A stretch of 64,000 bases of DNA from Planktothricoides raciborskii GIHE-MW2 (GTDB lineage Bacteria > Cyanobacteriota > Cyanobacteriia > Cyanobacteriales > Laspinemataceae), in the NCBI RefSeq assembly GCF_040564635.1, contig NZ_CP159837.1, forward strand, positions 227,801 to 291,800, written 5' to 3'. Shown here in pieces: positions 48,928-58,954 of the stretch. Both the position numbers and the translations under genes were made by a program. The notes under the pieces were generated by a model. The model ran no database searches and was not told where the DNA came from. It saw only the letters and a list, made by a program, of their open reading frames with translations. Numbering within the stretch: position 1 is the stretch's first letter; each line of letters begins with the position of its first letter.

Positions 48928-51672
48928 ATGTCCCCAAATCCTCAAACTACAGACCAGTTTGTATCTCAATTGCCTGAACTCTGGGCAGAAGATTTAGAGT
49001 CGATGGAAGATGAAGTAGAAGCTGCCCCCAATCCCTTGCAAACCGCTCATGGGATTTACATTACGGTTCATGGGCATTTTTATCAACCGCCACGGGAAAA
49101 CCCTTATTTAGATGCGATTGAACGGCAACCCGGTGCAGAACCTTATCACGATTGGAATGAGCGGATTAATCACGAATGTTATCGACCTAATGCTTTTGCC
49201 CGCGTCTATAACGATCGCGGAGAAGTGGTCGATATTGTTAATAATTACGAGTATCTCAGTTTTAATATTGGCCCAACTTTAATGAGTTGGTTGGAACGGT
49301 ACGATCCACAAGTTTATCAGCGGATTTTAGAAGCAGATCGCAAAAGTGCAGAACGTCTGAATGGTCACGGAAATGCGATCGCCCAAGTTTACAATCACAT
49401 CATCATGCCGTTAGCGAATAAACGGGACAAATATACTCAAATTCGCTGGGGCAAAGCGGACTTTCGCCAACGGTTTGGCCGAGAACCGGAAGGGATGTGG
49501 TTGGCAGAAACAGCGGTAGACTATCCTACTTTGGAAGTATTGCACGAGGAAGGGATTAAATTTATTATCTTGGCCCCGTCCCAAGCAGAACGTTGCCGTC
49601 TATTGCCCACGGAAGATCAGCCAAAACCGGAATGGAATGCGGTGGGTGGCGGTCAAATTGACCCGACTCGTCCCTATCGATGTTTTCTCCCCAGTCGTGA
49701 CAAGTTGCCCGAAGCCGTTTCAGAAGCAGAGAGCGAACGCAAATACATCGATATTTTCTTTTATGATGGCCCGATTTCTCGCGACATGGGCTTTAACGAT
49801 GTGCTGAAAAGTTCCCACCATTTAGCCGGACGCTTATCATTAGCCATTCACGGGGATCATCGTCCCAGTCAACTGATTTCCGTAGCCACCGACGGGGAAA
49901 CCTTCGGACACCATAAACGGGATGCGGAAAAATGCCTGACCTACGCTTTTATTGCGGAATTTCCCCGTCGCGGCTGGACTTTGACCAATTTTGCTCATTA
50001 CCTGAGTATCTGTCAACCAACTTGGGAAGTGGAACTAAAGCCCGTCACCGCTTGGAGTTGTTCTCATGGGGTTGACCGTTGGCAAGACAACTGCGGTTGT
50101 GGTGGGGGTGGGGAATGGCACCAACTGTGGCGCCGTCCCCTGCGAAATGCCCTCAACTGGTTGCGGGATCAACTGATTTCGATTTATCAAGAAGAGGGTG
50201 GCCGCTTGTTGCTCGATCCTTGGCAAGCCCGGGATGAGTATATTCAGGTGATCCGCGATCGCTCCCCAGAAAATGTGGCGAAGTTTTTCCTGCGGCAGCA
50301 AAAACACAGCCTCACCCCCTCGGAACAAGTGGACGCCCTGCGGTTATTGGAAATGCAGCGTCATGCCCTATTAATGTTTACCAGTTGTGGTTGGTTTTTT
50401 GAAGAACTGTCTCGACCGGAAGGGACGCAGATTTTGCGTTATGCAGCCCGGGCGATCGAATTAGCGGGTGATGTGGCGGGAATTCAACTGGAAAAAGAAT
50501 TTATCGATCGCCTCTCCCAGGCACAGAGTAACGTTGACTTCTTCCAAGACGGGGCGGGAGTTTATCAACATCAAGTGATTCCCTCGCAAATTAACCTGGA
50601 ACAAGTCGCCGCCCACTATGCCATCAGCGGCCTATTTACCACCTATTCCACCGAACAGCGCATCTATTGCTACACGGTTTATCAGCGGGATTATCAGTTG
50701 CAGCGCATGGGGCCATTGACTTTGGCGGTGGGACAAGTGCAGCTTGCCTCAGGAATTACCCGCGAAAATTTGGAATTAGTCTTTGCGGTGCTTCATTTGG
50801 GCGGTTGGGATTTCCACTGCTGCATTCAACCCTTCTCCGGTCGTCGGGCTTACACCCAGATGAAAGAACATCTGATGGGGATTTTACAACAAGGCAGCGC
50901 CGCCCAAGCGATTCTGGGGATGAACCAGTATTTTGATGGCAAGTCTTTCAGTTTGCGTGACTTATTTGCCGAAGAACGGCATCGGATTATGCGCTTGCTG
51001 AGTCAAGAAACCTTGTTGCGCTTGGATCAACTTTATACCCAAGTATATCGGGATAATTATGGGGTAGTGATGGCTTTCCACCGGGATGAGTTGCCGGTGC
51101 CGAAAGAATTACAAGTGGCGGCAGAAATTGCTTTAGGAAATCGCTGTTTGGCGGCGGCAAAAGCCTTGGAAGCGGAAATCGGCGACGATCCAGAAAATGT
51201 TCTTAATGCTACAGGAGATAGTTTTTTGGGCTTGACTCAGTTGGTGGAGTTAGAAACTTGTGCCACAGAAGCGGGACATTTACGCTGCCATTTGGATATT
51301 CCCGAAGTTAAGCAAATTTTGGAAAAACTGATTGTGCGATCGCTCTCTCACCTGCTTTATCAAGCCAACCCGGAAACCGCCGAACCTCAGCTAGAACGCT
51401 TAGAACGAATGATTGCCGTGGGCAAACAACTGAATCTGCATTTGGCTACGGATCAAATCCAAGAATTGTACTTCTACTGGCTGCATGGGGACATCGGGGA
51501 TCAATGCTTTTATGCCGCTTATGGGAATCAAAACGGCGATCAAAATCGCGATCGCAGCGGTGATGATGCCAACAATACCTCGATTTGCTGGACGGTTTCT
51601 CAATTCCGTCGTCTCTTGCAACTGGGCAAAAAACTCTCGGTCAATGTCAGCACTCACTTAGAATCCCTCTAA
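48928..51672 (+). CDS. Glycoside hydrolase family 57 protein
   Basis: The GH57 N-terminal signature is ITVHGHFYQPPRENPYL ... WNERINHECYRPN ... (LAETAVD), over a large 914 aa. Confidence 0.8.
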   Translation: MSPNPQTTDQFVSQLPELWAEDLESMEDEVEAAPNPLQTAHGIYITVHGHFYQPPRENPYLDAIERQPGAEPYHDWNERINHECYRPNAFARVYNDRGEVVDIVNNYEYLSFNIGPTLMSWLERYDPQVYQRILEADRKSAERLNGHGNAIAQVYNHIIMPLANKRDKYTQIRWGKADFRQRFGREPEGMWLAETAVDYPTLEVLHEEGIKFIILAPSQAERCRLLPTEDQPKPEWNAVGGGQIDPTRPYRCFLPSRDKLPEAVSEAESERKYIDIFFYDGPISRDMGFNDVLKSSHHLAGRLSLAIHGDHRPSQLISVATDGETFGHHKRDAEKCLTYAFIAEFPRRGWTLTNFAHYLSICQPTWEVELKPVTAWSCSHGVDRWQDNCGCGGGGEWHQLWRRPLRNALNWLRDQLISIYQEEGGRLLLDPWQARDEYIQVIRDRSPENVAKFFLRQQKHSLTPSEQVDALRLLEMQRHALLMFTSCGWFFEELSRPEGTQILRYAARAIELAGDVAGIQLEKEFIDRLSQAQSNVDFFQDGAGVYQHQVIPSQINLEQVAAHYAISGLFTTYSTEQRIYCYTVYQRDYQLQRMGPLTLAVGQVQLASGITRENLELVFAVLHLGGWDFHCCIQPFSGRRAYTQMKEHLMGILQQGSAAQAILGMNQYFDGKSFSLRDLFAEERHRIMRLLSQETLLRLDQLYTQVYRDNYGVVMAFHRDELPVPKELQVAAEIALGNRCLAAAKALEAEIGDDPENVLNATGDSFLGLTQLVELETCATEAGHLRCHLDIPEVKQILEKLIVRSLSHLLYQANPETAEPQLERLERMIAVGKQLNLHLATDQIQELYFYWLHGDIGDQCFYAAYGNQNGDQNRDRSGDDANNTSICWTVSQFRRLLQLGKKLSVNVSTHLESL

Positions 51673-51702
51673 ATCGGAGGTTTTCTGTTGAGTAAATCAC
51701 AA

Positions 51703-51765
51703 ATATCCGTAGGGGCGATGTAGGGGCGATGTAGTGGCGATGTAGGGGCGAATCGCCCCTACATA
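51703..51765. repeat. GTAGGGGCG tandem copies ending in palindrome GTAGGGGCGAATCGCCCCTAC
   Basis: Same family as 10617-10647 and 28087-28232. Confidence 0.8.
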
Positions 51766-52090
51766 CATCTTTTGTCTGTGGTCGATCGGAAAGAAAATAT
51801 CAACAACCCTCACCGGGTGGTAATTGGGCGTTATTTCCCCCGGATGTGTACGAGTATTTTTGCTTACTCATATGTCCGTCTATTTACTTAAGTGTAATAT
51901 CCGTAAATACACGGAGAAAAAAATCCTGGTTACCACTGATGTGAAATTTCAATTTCACGATTACTATCGTGAATAGAAAAATGTCAACATAAAAATCTAG
52001 TAAAGTCTCTAAATTAGAATTTTCTATAAACAAAAGATAAATAATTTATTGAACTTACATTCAGAATCAATTCGGGGGTAAATTGCAACC

Positions 52091-53293
52091 ATGACACAAG
52101 CTACTTCAATTAAGACTCAAGCGATAGAATCTGCGAAATCAAATCAAGCACAAAAAAATTTAATCTCTCCAGGGCAAATTCTGCAAAATATTGTCACAAA
52201 AAAAATTACTGGCAAATTAACCATCAGCGACCCAAACGATGAGTCAATTTTTTGGCGCGTGTATGTAGGCAATGGACAAATTCATTTTGCAACCAGTGCA
52301 ATGGGGCAAAAAGAACGTTTGGAATACTTCCTACAATGGTATTACCCGGAATTAGAATTTAATGGTAAGGAATTTAAGTCCGACTATCAGCAAATTTGCC
52401 ACTACTGGAAATCCGGTAATTTGTCAGTTCAACAAGTTAGAAAATTGCTATTCTGGTTAACCCAGGATGCGTTAATTCAATTGCTGGCTTTGCCCAAAGG
52501 CGTGGTTCAATTTGAAAAAACCGTAGGGTTAGATCCGATATTGTTATCGGTTTCCCTGAAAGAATTGGTATGGCCCATGCGCGGGGTGATCGGTCAATGG
52601 CAAAAATTGCAACCAGAAATTACTTCACCGTTTCAACGGGTGATGATTAAAAATATCAAAGAACTGCCCAAGCTGTTGTGGGAAAAAGTCAGAGATATCG
52701 ATTTTATCAAAGCTTTGTGCCAAGTTTTGAGTCAAAATCCTTCTTTGTATGAAGCCGCCAAATATTTAAAAGCGGATGCTTTAGGATTAGCGGCTTTATT
52801 ACAACCCTTAGTCCGGGCTGGAGTTATAGAAATTCAGCCTTATTACTCACCCAAAACCCAGGAAAAACCAATTATTGCTTGCATTGATGATAGTAAAACC
52901 GTGCAACGCAATGTGAAAATGGTTTTAGAAGCCAGTGGGTATCGGGTGCTGAGTATTACCGAACCGGCAAAAGCTCTGAGTACAATGGTGAGATATAAGC
53001 CAGCTTTGGTGCTGATGGATATCAATATGCCAGAGATTAATGGCTATGAATTATCGCGGATGCTGCGTCAGTCTAAGCAATTCCATACCCTGCCGATTGT
53101 GATGTTGACTGGGCGGGATGGTTTAATTGATAAGATGCGATCGCAAATGGTGGGGGCAAATGACTATATTACTAAGCCTGTCCCACCCCTGATGCTGCTC
53201 AGTACCATTGAAAAAAATCTGCAATCAGCGCAAACCGTGACCCAGCCAAAAAAATCTTTGGCTCAAGAAAACGCGATGCTACAAATGGCCTAA
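52091..53293 (+). CDS. PatA-type response regulator (N-terminal PATAN-like domain + C-terminal CheY-like receiver)
   Basis: The C-terminal receiver domain has the phospho-acceptor D in LVLMDINMP and the K in ITKP. The N-terminal domain is about 260 aa. Confidence 0.8.
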   Translation: MTQATSIKTQAIESAKSNQAQKNLISPGQILQNIVTKKITGKLTISDPNDESIFWRVYVGNGQIHFATSAMGQKERLEYFLQWYYPELEFNGKEFKSDYQQICHYWKSGNLSVQQVRKLLFWLTQDALIQLLALPKGVVQFEKTVGLDPILLSVSLKELVWPMRGVIGQWQKLQPEITSPFQRVMIKNIKELPKLLWEKVRDIDFIKALCQVLSQNPSLYEAAKYLKADALGLAALLQPLVRAGVIEIQPYYSPKTQEKPIIACIDDSKTVQRNVKMVLEASGYRVLSITEPAKALSTMVRYKPALVLMDINMPEINGYELSRMLRQSKQFHTLPIVMLTGRDGLIDKMRSQMVGANDYITKPVPPLMLLSTIEKNLQSAQTVTQPKKSLAQENAMLQMA

Positions 53294-53486
53294 TTTTTCA
53301 CCATTCATCTTCCTAGACTATATCAGTTTTGACTGGTTTTTGACTCGTCGATGGCTTTCCAGAGAATTCTGAGAACACGCTCGCATTTGGATCGCATTTA
53401 CCTAAACGCCGATCGCTCATATATCTCTGATATATCGCTGATATACTTCTGATATACCTTATATATTTTGGTATTTTTTTGATATC

Positions 53487-54161
53487 TTGGAGAAGATCGG
53501 CAGCGTAAATGGGATAGATGCGGATAAAGTGAAAGATTACTTAGGCTTTCAGGTAAAAAATTCTGTGCGCTTGGTAGTGCCTGCGGATTGGGTGGTGGAA
53601 GCGATCGCCTTGAATTGCCATGAAATTTGTCCCATTCCCGGTGTCACCGATGGGATTTTGGGAGTGATTGATTACCAAGGACAGTTAGTTTGGGTGATTG
53701 ACTTAGGGGAATACTTGACTCATGTACTCGGTTTAGCCTCTGCCCCTTTGCTCGATGAAAATTATCCGATAGAAAATAAATCAGCCAATCAATTAACCAA
53801 TCAATTAACCAATAAATCAACCAATCAATCAACCAATCAATCAACCAATCAATTAACCAATCAATTAACCGGGGTGGCGATCGCATTGCCTCGTTCCCAG
53901 TCCCAGAAACCAATTAACTCGCAACCATTAATCTGGGTTTTCTCGGAACTACACGGCATCGTCTCCTTAAATCCCGCCAAGTTCAGACCCTTGCCTAGTC
54001 AGTTTACCTCCTTACTCGGTGCTTATTTCAGCGGTTTAACGGAAATTTTCTCCACTTCAGCGACCACAAACTCCACAACTGTGGCAATTTTAAATATGAA
54101 TAGTTTATTCTCTGCTTTAGAATATCAAAGAGGCTATCAGCTATCAGCGATTAGCGATTAG
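53487..54161 (+). CDS. CheW-like coupling protein containing an in-frame (NQ[LS]T)n repeat insert
   Basis: The CheW-like fold blocks are LGFQV..VRLVVPADWVVEAI, GVIDYQGQLVWVIDL and NLTNQLTNKSTNQSTNQ. The insert comes from a 12-nt ACCAATCAAT[TC]A array. Confidence 0.75.
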   Translation: MEKIGSVNGIDADKVKDYLGFQVKNSVRLVVPADWVVEAIALNCHEICPIPGVTDGILGVIDYQGQLVWVIDLGEYLTHVLGLASAPLLDENYPIENKSANQLTNQLTNKSTNQSTNQSTNQLTNQLTGVAIALPRSQSQKPINSQPLIWVFSELHGIVSLNPAKFRPLPSQFTSLLGAYFSGLTEIFSTSATTNSTTVAILNMNSLFSALEYQRGYQLSAISD

Positions 54162-54330
54162 GGATCGGCTTTTAGGGATCCGGGAACTTTAAGGGCAGGG
54201 AATTTCTGAAAAGTCGGCAGTCAGTAGGGTTGATAAAGCGAATCACCCCTACTGGTAATAGCTGATGGCGAATAGCTAATGACGAATAGCTGATAGCCGA
54301 TTAATTGACACTTGAGGCATAGTAAAGGGG

Positions 54331-57303
54331 ATGAATGGTTTGCTGGCACCACTCGATTTAGAGGCGATCGCCCAAGAATCGCGCAATTGTTTTTTATACG
54401 AAGAAGCGCCAGATTATTTGGTGATTTTAGAGCAAGGGATTGCTCAGTTAGGCAATCCCAAAGGGACGATTAATCTGGATGAGCAATATCAAAAATTAAT
54501 TCGGGTGGCGCATTCCCTGAAAGGAGGCGCAAGTTTAGCGGAAATGCCAGCCCTTTCTCAGTTGTCTCATAAGTTAGAAGATTTACTGATTGCTATCCAA
54601 GAAAAGCGGGTTAGCTTGCATGAACAAGTTTCAAGCAATCGCACTTCCGTTAAATCTGAAGTCACATCTGGTGGAGCCGATCGCACCACTTCCGCGTATC
54701 AATTATTGTTGATGAGTCTGGATCGAGTGAGTGCGTTACTATTTGAAGCCCTAAATCAGCCAGAATTACCCAATGAAACTGCCCCACAAATGGCCGATCT
54801 GCTGTGTGATGCGATCGATCAGTTTTTAGCTTCTCAGGGTTGTGCTAAGTCTGAGGAATTGGCGGATTTGGAGAATGTAACTCCTTTAGATCGTCATCCC
54901 CAAGTGAGTAGTTTTATTAAAACTTCTCTGGAAGTGGATTTAGAAGATTGTTTGCAAAGAATTGAATCTAGCTTGAGGGAAAATCAAGCCAGTGACAGTA
55001 TTTCTACAGAGGCTACCAAAGAGGCTACCAGAGAAGCGATCGCGACTTTTGCTGAAGAATGCACATTGCTCGGAGACGCATTAGGGGTGAATTGGTTAAG
55101 TGAAATCGGTTCTCAGCTTGAACAATCGTCACAAAATACTGATATTTCTTTGCAACAGGTGACAGAGGCGATCGCCCAAATTCGGCAGCAAAGAAATCAA
55201 ACCCTTTATGGTTCGGAAACCGAATCATTGAACTCAGACGAGGAGGAAAATTCTGCGGTCAGTGCGGAAACCGAGTGGCAATCTCCAGAAGAATTTTCTG
55301 ATTTAGATTCTGATTTAGATTCTGATTTGCCAGAACCGCCACCACTATCTTCCCCGGTGCCCCAGCGATTTCTAAAGTATTTGATTCGTCAACCAGAGAA
55401 GGCGCGATCGCCAGAAAATATTAATCTGCGAGTTTCCTTATCCCGCATTGACCGGATGACCAATACCGTAGGCGAACTGCTGATTAATTATGAACAACTA
55501 GAACAATGCGAACAACAATTAAAAGATGCCATTCTCGGCCAAAATTTATTACCCAAAAGTGCAAATGGCACCGCCGCACATAATCTAAAATCATCCCCAG
55601 AAGCTACCGACTTGCTAAAAACTGTTTTTCAAATTAATCAGCGATTCGATCAAAATCGGATTGACATGGTTTTGGGGGCGCGTAACCTGCGGAACACCCT
55701 GGCAAATATGCGCTCATCCTTAGAACAGTTGTACCGGGATTTAACCGCAGCGCGAATGGTGCCTTTTCGGGAAATGACCGAACGCTTTTTTGTGTTAATT
55801 GAAGACTTAAAAAAACAGTACCAAAAATCTGTTAATTTAGTAGTTTCTGGGCAAGATGTTTTAATCGATCGCTGGATTGTAGAACAATTACAAACCCCCT
55901 TAACTCACTTATTACGCAATGCCTTTGACCACGGCATTGAATTGCCCGGAGAACGATCTAACCACGGCAAATCTAATCAGGCAACTATTCATTTGTCTGC
56001 GGTCTCTAACGGCACTTATGTGGTGATTTCGATTGCCGATGATGGTCGAGGCATTAATCCAGAAAAAATTTACCAAAAAGCCTTGGAAAAAGGACTGATT
56101 TCTCCAGACCAAAAAACCTGGTCAGCGGATGAAATTTTGAAATTTTTGTTTACTCCTGGGTTTTCCACAGCGGAGCGGTTGACAGATATTTCCGGTCGGG
56201 GTGTGGGATTAGATATTGTGGTGCAAGAAGTGGCGAAATTAGGCGGTTCGCTCGCGGTAAAGACCACATTAGGAATCGGCACCCAATTTACTATAACTAT
56301 TCCTTTAACCCTGAGTATTTTACCCATGCATATTTTTCGCTGTCAAGGGCAAACTTTTGCCATACCTGCGGCTAACGTTTTGGAGACGATCCGTTTAGCC
56401 GATAGTTTAGCCGAAGTTACAGGCAATCGGGTCAACAATGCGGCAGAAAATCAGTCAAATATTCAGTGGCAAAATCAATTTATTCCAGTATTTCATTTAA
56501 ATGAATTGTTGCCTGTTCGGTCATGCTGTCCCAGTGAGCGATCGGCCAATTCCTCAGAAGCATCTAATTTAGGTAGTTTAGGGAGTTTAGGATTGGTGGT
56601 TAAAGTCAAAGAAAATCCCATTATTTTAGTTGTTGATGCTTTATTAGGTGAACGGCGATTAGTTCTAAAGCCCTTAGATTACCGGGTTCCAGTTCCGCCT
56701 TATGTCGCCGGGTGTACCGTCCTAGGAAATCGTCAGATTGTTCCGGTGCTTTCACCGGATCATTTTGTCAGTTTAATCAAAAATTTGTCCCATAACAATT
56801 CGTCAAAAATCACCCCAGAAAATATAAGCCCAGAAAATATAAGCCCAGAAAATATAAGCCCAGAAAATATAAGCCCAAAAAATCTAGATCAAATAGAGCC
56901 AAAAAACGGCGCGATCGCACATCATCCATCAGGGCGAATTTTAATTGTCGATGATTCGCGCACCGTGCGTTGTTTGTTGCAACAAACTTTGTCTCAAGCC
57001 GGTTTTTTGGTGGAAGAAGCGAGTGATGGTGCAGCGGGTTTTGCTAAGGTAGCAGAAGCCCAGGGTGAATTTGATTTAGTGATTTCCGATTTGGAAATGC
57101 CGCATCTGGATGGGTTGGGATTTTTGCAGAAAATTCGGGCATCTCAATGGTCAGATTTGCCTGTAGGGATGTTAACTTCGCAGGCCAAGGAAATTTATGT
57201 GAAAACCGCGAAAAAGTTGGGGGTCAAATTTTATTTGACTAAGCCATTTAAACCAGCAGAAATTATTAAGTTAATTGAAAAAAATGTATCAAAAAATTCA
57301 TAA
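54331..57303 (+). CDS. CheA-like hybrid histidine kinase (Hpt - HATPase - CheW - receiver)
   Basis: Hpt (HSLKGGASLAEMP), N-box (HLLRNAFDHGIE), G1/G2 (DDGRGINPEK, GRGVGLD), a CheW-like domain and a C-terminal REC (ILIVDDSRTV...DLVISDLEMP...KP) are present. Linkers carry in-frame tandem repeats (SDLD x3; PENIS x4). Confidence 0.9.
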   Translation: MNGLLAPLDLEAIAQESRNCFLYEEAPDYLVILEQGIAQLGNPKGTINLDEQYQKLIRVAHSLKGGASLAEMPALSQLSHKLEDLLIAIQEKRVSLHEQVSSNRTSVKSEVTSGGADRTTSAYQLLLMSLDRVSALLFEALNQPELPNETAPQMADLLCDAIDQFLASQGCAKSEELADLENVTPLDRHPQVSSFIKTSLEVDLEDCLQRIESSLRENQASDSISTEATKEATREAIATFAEECTLLGDALGVNWLSEIGSQLEQSSQNTDISLQQVTEAIAQIRQQRNQTLYGSETESLNSDEEENSAVSAETEWQSPEEFSDLDSDLDSDLPEPPPLSSPVPQRFLKYLIRQPEKARSPENINLRVSLSRIDRMTNTVGELLINYEQLEQCEQQLKDAILGQNLLPKSANGTAAHNLKSSPEATDLLKTVFQINQRFDQNRIDMVLGARNLRNTLANMRSSLEQLYRDLTAARMVPFREMTERFFVLIEDLKKQYQKSVNLVVSGQDVLIDRWIVEQLQTPLTHLLRNAFDHGIELPGERSNHGKSNQATIHLSAVSNGTYVVISIADDGRGINPEKIYQKALEKGLISPDQKTWSADEILKFLFTPGFSTAERLTDISGRGVGLDIVVQEVAKLGGSLAVKTTLGIGTQFTITIPLTLSILPMHIFRCQGQTFAIPAANVLETIRLADSLAEVTGNRVNNAAENQSNIQWQNQFIPVFHLNELLPVRSCCPSERSANSSEASNLGSLGSLGLVVKVKENPIILVVDALLGERRLVLKPLDYRVPVPPYVAGCTVLGNRQIVPVLSPDHFVSLIKNLSHNNSSKITPENISPENISPENISPENISPKNLDQIEPKNGAIAHHPSGRILIVDDSRTVRCLLQQTLSQAGFLVEEASDGAAGFAKVAEAQGEFDLVISDLEMPHLDGLGFLQKIRASQWSDLPVGMLTSQAKEIYVKTAKKLGVKFYLTKPFKPAEIIKLIEKNVSKNS

Positions 57304-57325
57304 GTTTTACCTATTTATCGCTGGT

Positions 57326-57994
57326 TTACCTGTTGGTTTCGCATCTGGTTTCGGCTAAAACTTGTCTCACCCAAGCCCGAAAAGAACGCAATAAAGTTGT
57401 TTCTCCTAAAGTTTGGCTTTGGCTGAAAAATTTCGTTAGTTCTGTCACCGATAACAGGGGAAAAGCAAGCGATCGCTCCACCATGATATATTTTCCCGCT
57501 TCTAACTGTAAGAACTTGACCACCCCGCGATCGCATCGCCAAATTTCTGGCACCCCCATTGCCGCATAAATCCCTTCTCGATCCACAGAACTACTGGAAA
57601 CATCAATTTCAATTACCAAATCCGGGGGCGGATCGGTAGTTAAATCAATCCGGGATTTTCCCTTAACCAATCGTTCATTTTGAATATAAAAACTTGAATC
57701 CGGTTCAGCCCCTTTTGCTAAATCTGGGCGCTTCAAAGTTGTCGAACCGACACTTAAAATTTCTATATTTCCTTCTTCTGCTAAAGCATCAACAAATTTT
57801 TCTAAAATTCGTTTTGGGTTTTCGTGGTCTAACAGCGGCGTCATAATTTCTAATAATTCTCGGTCATAGCATAAGCGAACAGTCCGATTATCTCCCATTT
57901 CCGCTAACAGTTGTTCATAGGTATGCCAGCTAATATGATGGAGGACAACTCTACCGATCGCAGTCGGAGTTAAAGTCGGTGCAGTTATGGTCAT
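57326..57994 (-). CDS. Uma2-family (DUF820) PD-(D/E)xK endonuclease, copy 1
   Basis: PDLVIEIDVSS and the EIW block are present, over a typical 222 aa. Confidence 0.8.
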   Translation of the reverse strand: MTITAPTLTPTAIGRVVLHHISWHTYEQLLAEMGDNRTVRLCYDRELLEIMTPLLDHENPKRILEKFVDALAEEGNIEILSVGSTTLKRPDLAKGAEPDSSFYIQNERLVKGKSRIDLTTDPPPDLVIEIDVSSSSVDREGIYAAMGVPEIWRCDRGVVKFLQLEAGKYIMVERSLAFPLLSVTELTKFFSQSQTLGETTLLRSFRAWVRQVLAETRCETNR

Positions 57995-58042
57995 AAAAAA
58001 TCTGCTTCAATTTAAATTATTTTTTTAACCAAAAGTCAGTCC

Positions 58043-58213
58043 GTAGGTTGGGTTGAGGCACGAAACCCAACGGAGGAGAGAGAATAGAGAAGAGACAATA
58101 GAGAATAGAGGTTCGTAGGAGAGGAAAAATTGAAATCTCCACTTTTCACTCTTTCATCAGCATCTATTTCCTAGGCATCTCTGTTGGGTTTTGCTTCGCT
58201 CAACCCAACCTAC
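58043..58213. repeat. MITE-like element with perfect 15-bp terminal inverted repeats (GTAGGTTGGGTTGAG / CTCAACCCAACCTAC) enclosing AGAGAATAGAG repeats
   Basis: Seen directly. The internal repeats resemble those at 21050-21110. Confidence 0.7.
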
Positions 58214-58263
58214 AAATACTATGTCATATTATGTAATATAATATATGTAATAGATATTGCCAT

Positions 58264-58932
58264 CTAATTGCTGGTTTCGCTGTTGCTTTCCGCTAAAACT
58301 TGTCTCACCCAAGCCCGAAAAGAACGCAATAAAGTTGTTTCTCCTAAAGTTTGGCTTTGGCTGAAAAATTTCGTTAGTTCTGTCACCGATAACAGGGGAA
58401 AAGCAAGCGATCGCTCCACCATGATATATTTTCCTGCTTCTAACTGTAAGAACTTGACCACCCCGCGATCGCAGCGCCAAATTTCTGGCACCCCCATTGC
58501 CGCATAAATCCCTTCTCGATCCACAGAACTACTGGAAACATAAATTTCAATTACCAAATCCGGGGGCGGATCGGTAGTTAAATCAATTCGGGATTTTCCC
58601 TTAACCAATCGTTCATTTTGAATATAAAAACTTGAATCCGGTTCAGCCCCTTTTGCTAAATCTGGGCGCTTCAAAGTTGTCGAACCCGCTCGCATTATTT
58701 CTATATTTAACTCTTCGGCTAATACCCCCACCAAAGCCGTTAAAATTTCTTTTGGGTTTTCGTGGTCTAACAGCGGCGTCATAATTTCTAGTAATCCTCG
58801 GTCATAGCATAAGCGAATCGTCCGATTATCTTCCATTTCCGCTAACAGTTGTTCATAGGTATGCCAGCTAATCTGATTGAGGACTACTCTTCCGGGTACA
58901 GTCGGGGTTAAAGTCGGCGCAGTTATGGTCAT
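58264..58932 (-). CDS. Uma2-family (DUF820) endonuclease, copy 2 (tandem paralogue)
   Basis: The 3' two-thirds are near-identical to copy 1 at the nucleotide level, and the N-terminal third has diverged. DLVIEIYVSS replaces DLVIEIDVSS. Confidence 0.8.
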   Translation of the reverse strand: MTITAPTLTPTVPGRVVLNQISWHTYEQLLAEMEDNRTIRLCYDRGLLEIMTPLLDHENPKEILTALVGVLAEELNIEIMRAGSTTLKRPDLAKGAEPDSSFYIQNERLVKGKSRIDLTTDPPPDLVIEIYVSSSSVDREGIYAAMGVPEIWRCDRGVVKFLQLEAGKYIMVERSLAFPLLSVTELTKFFSQSQTLGETTLLRSFRAWVRQVLAESNSETSN

Positions 58933-58954
58933 AAAAAATCTGCTCCAATTTAAA

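Noticed and set aside
53644-53913. A minus-strand ORF reading WLIDWLIDWLID.
   Set aside because: It is antisense to the CheW-like gene across its in-frame repeat, so it is a repeat artifact.
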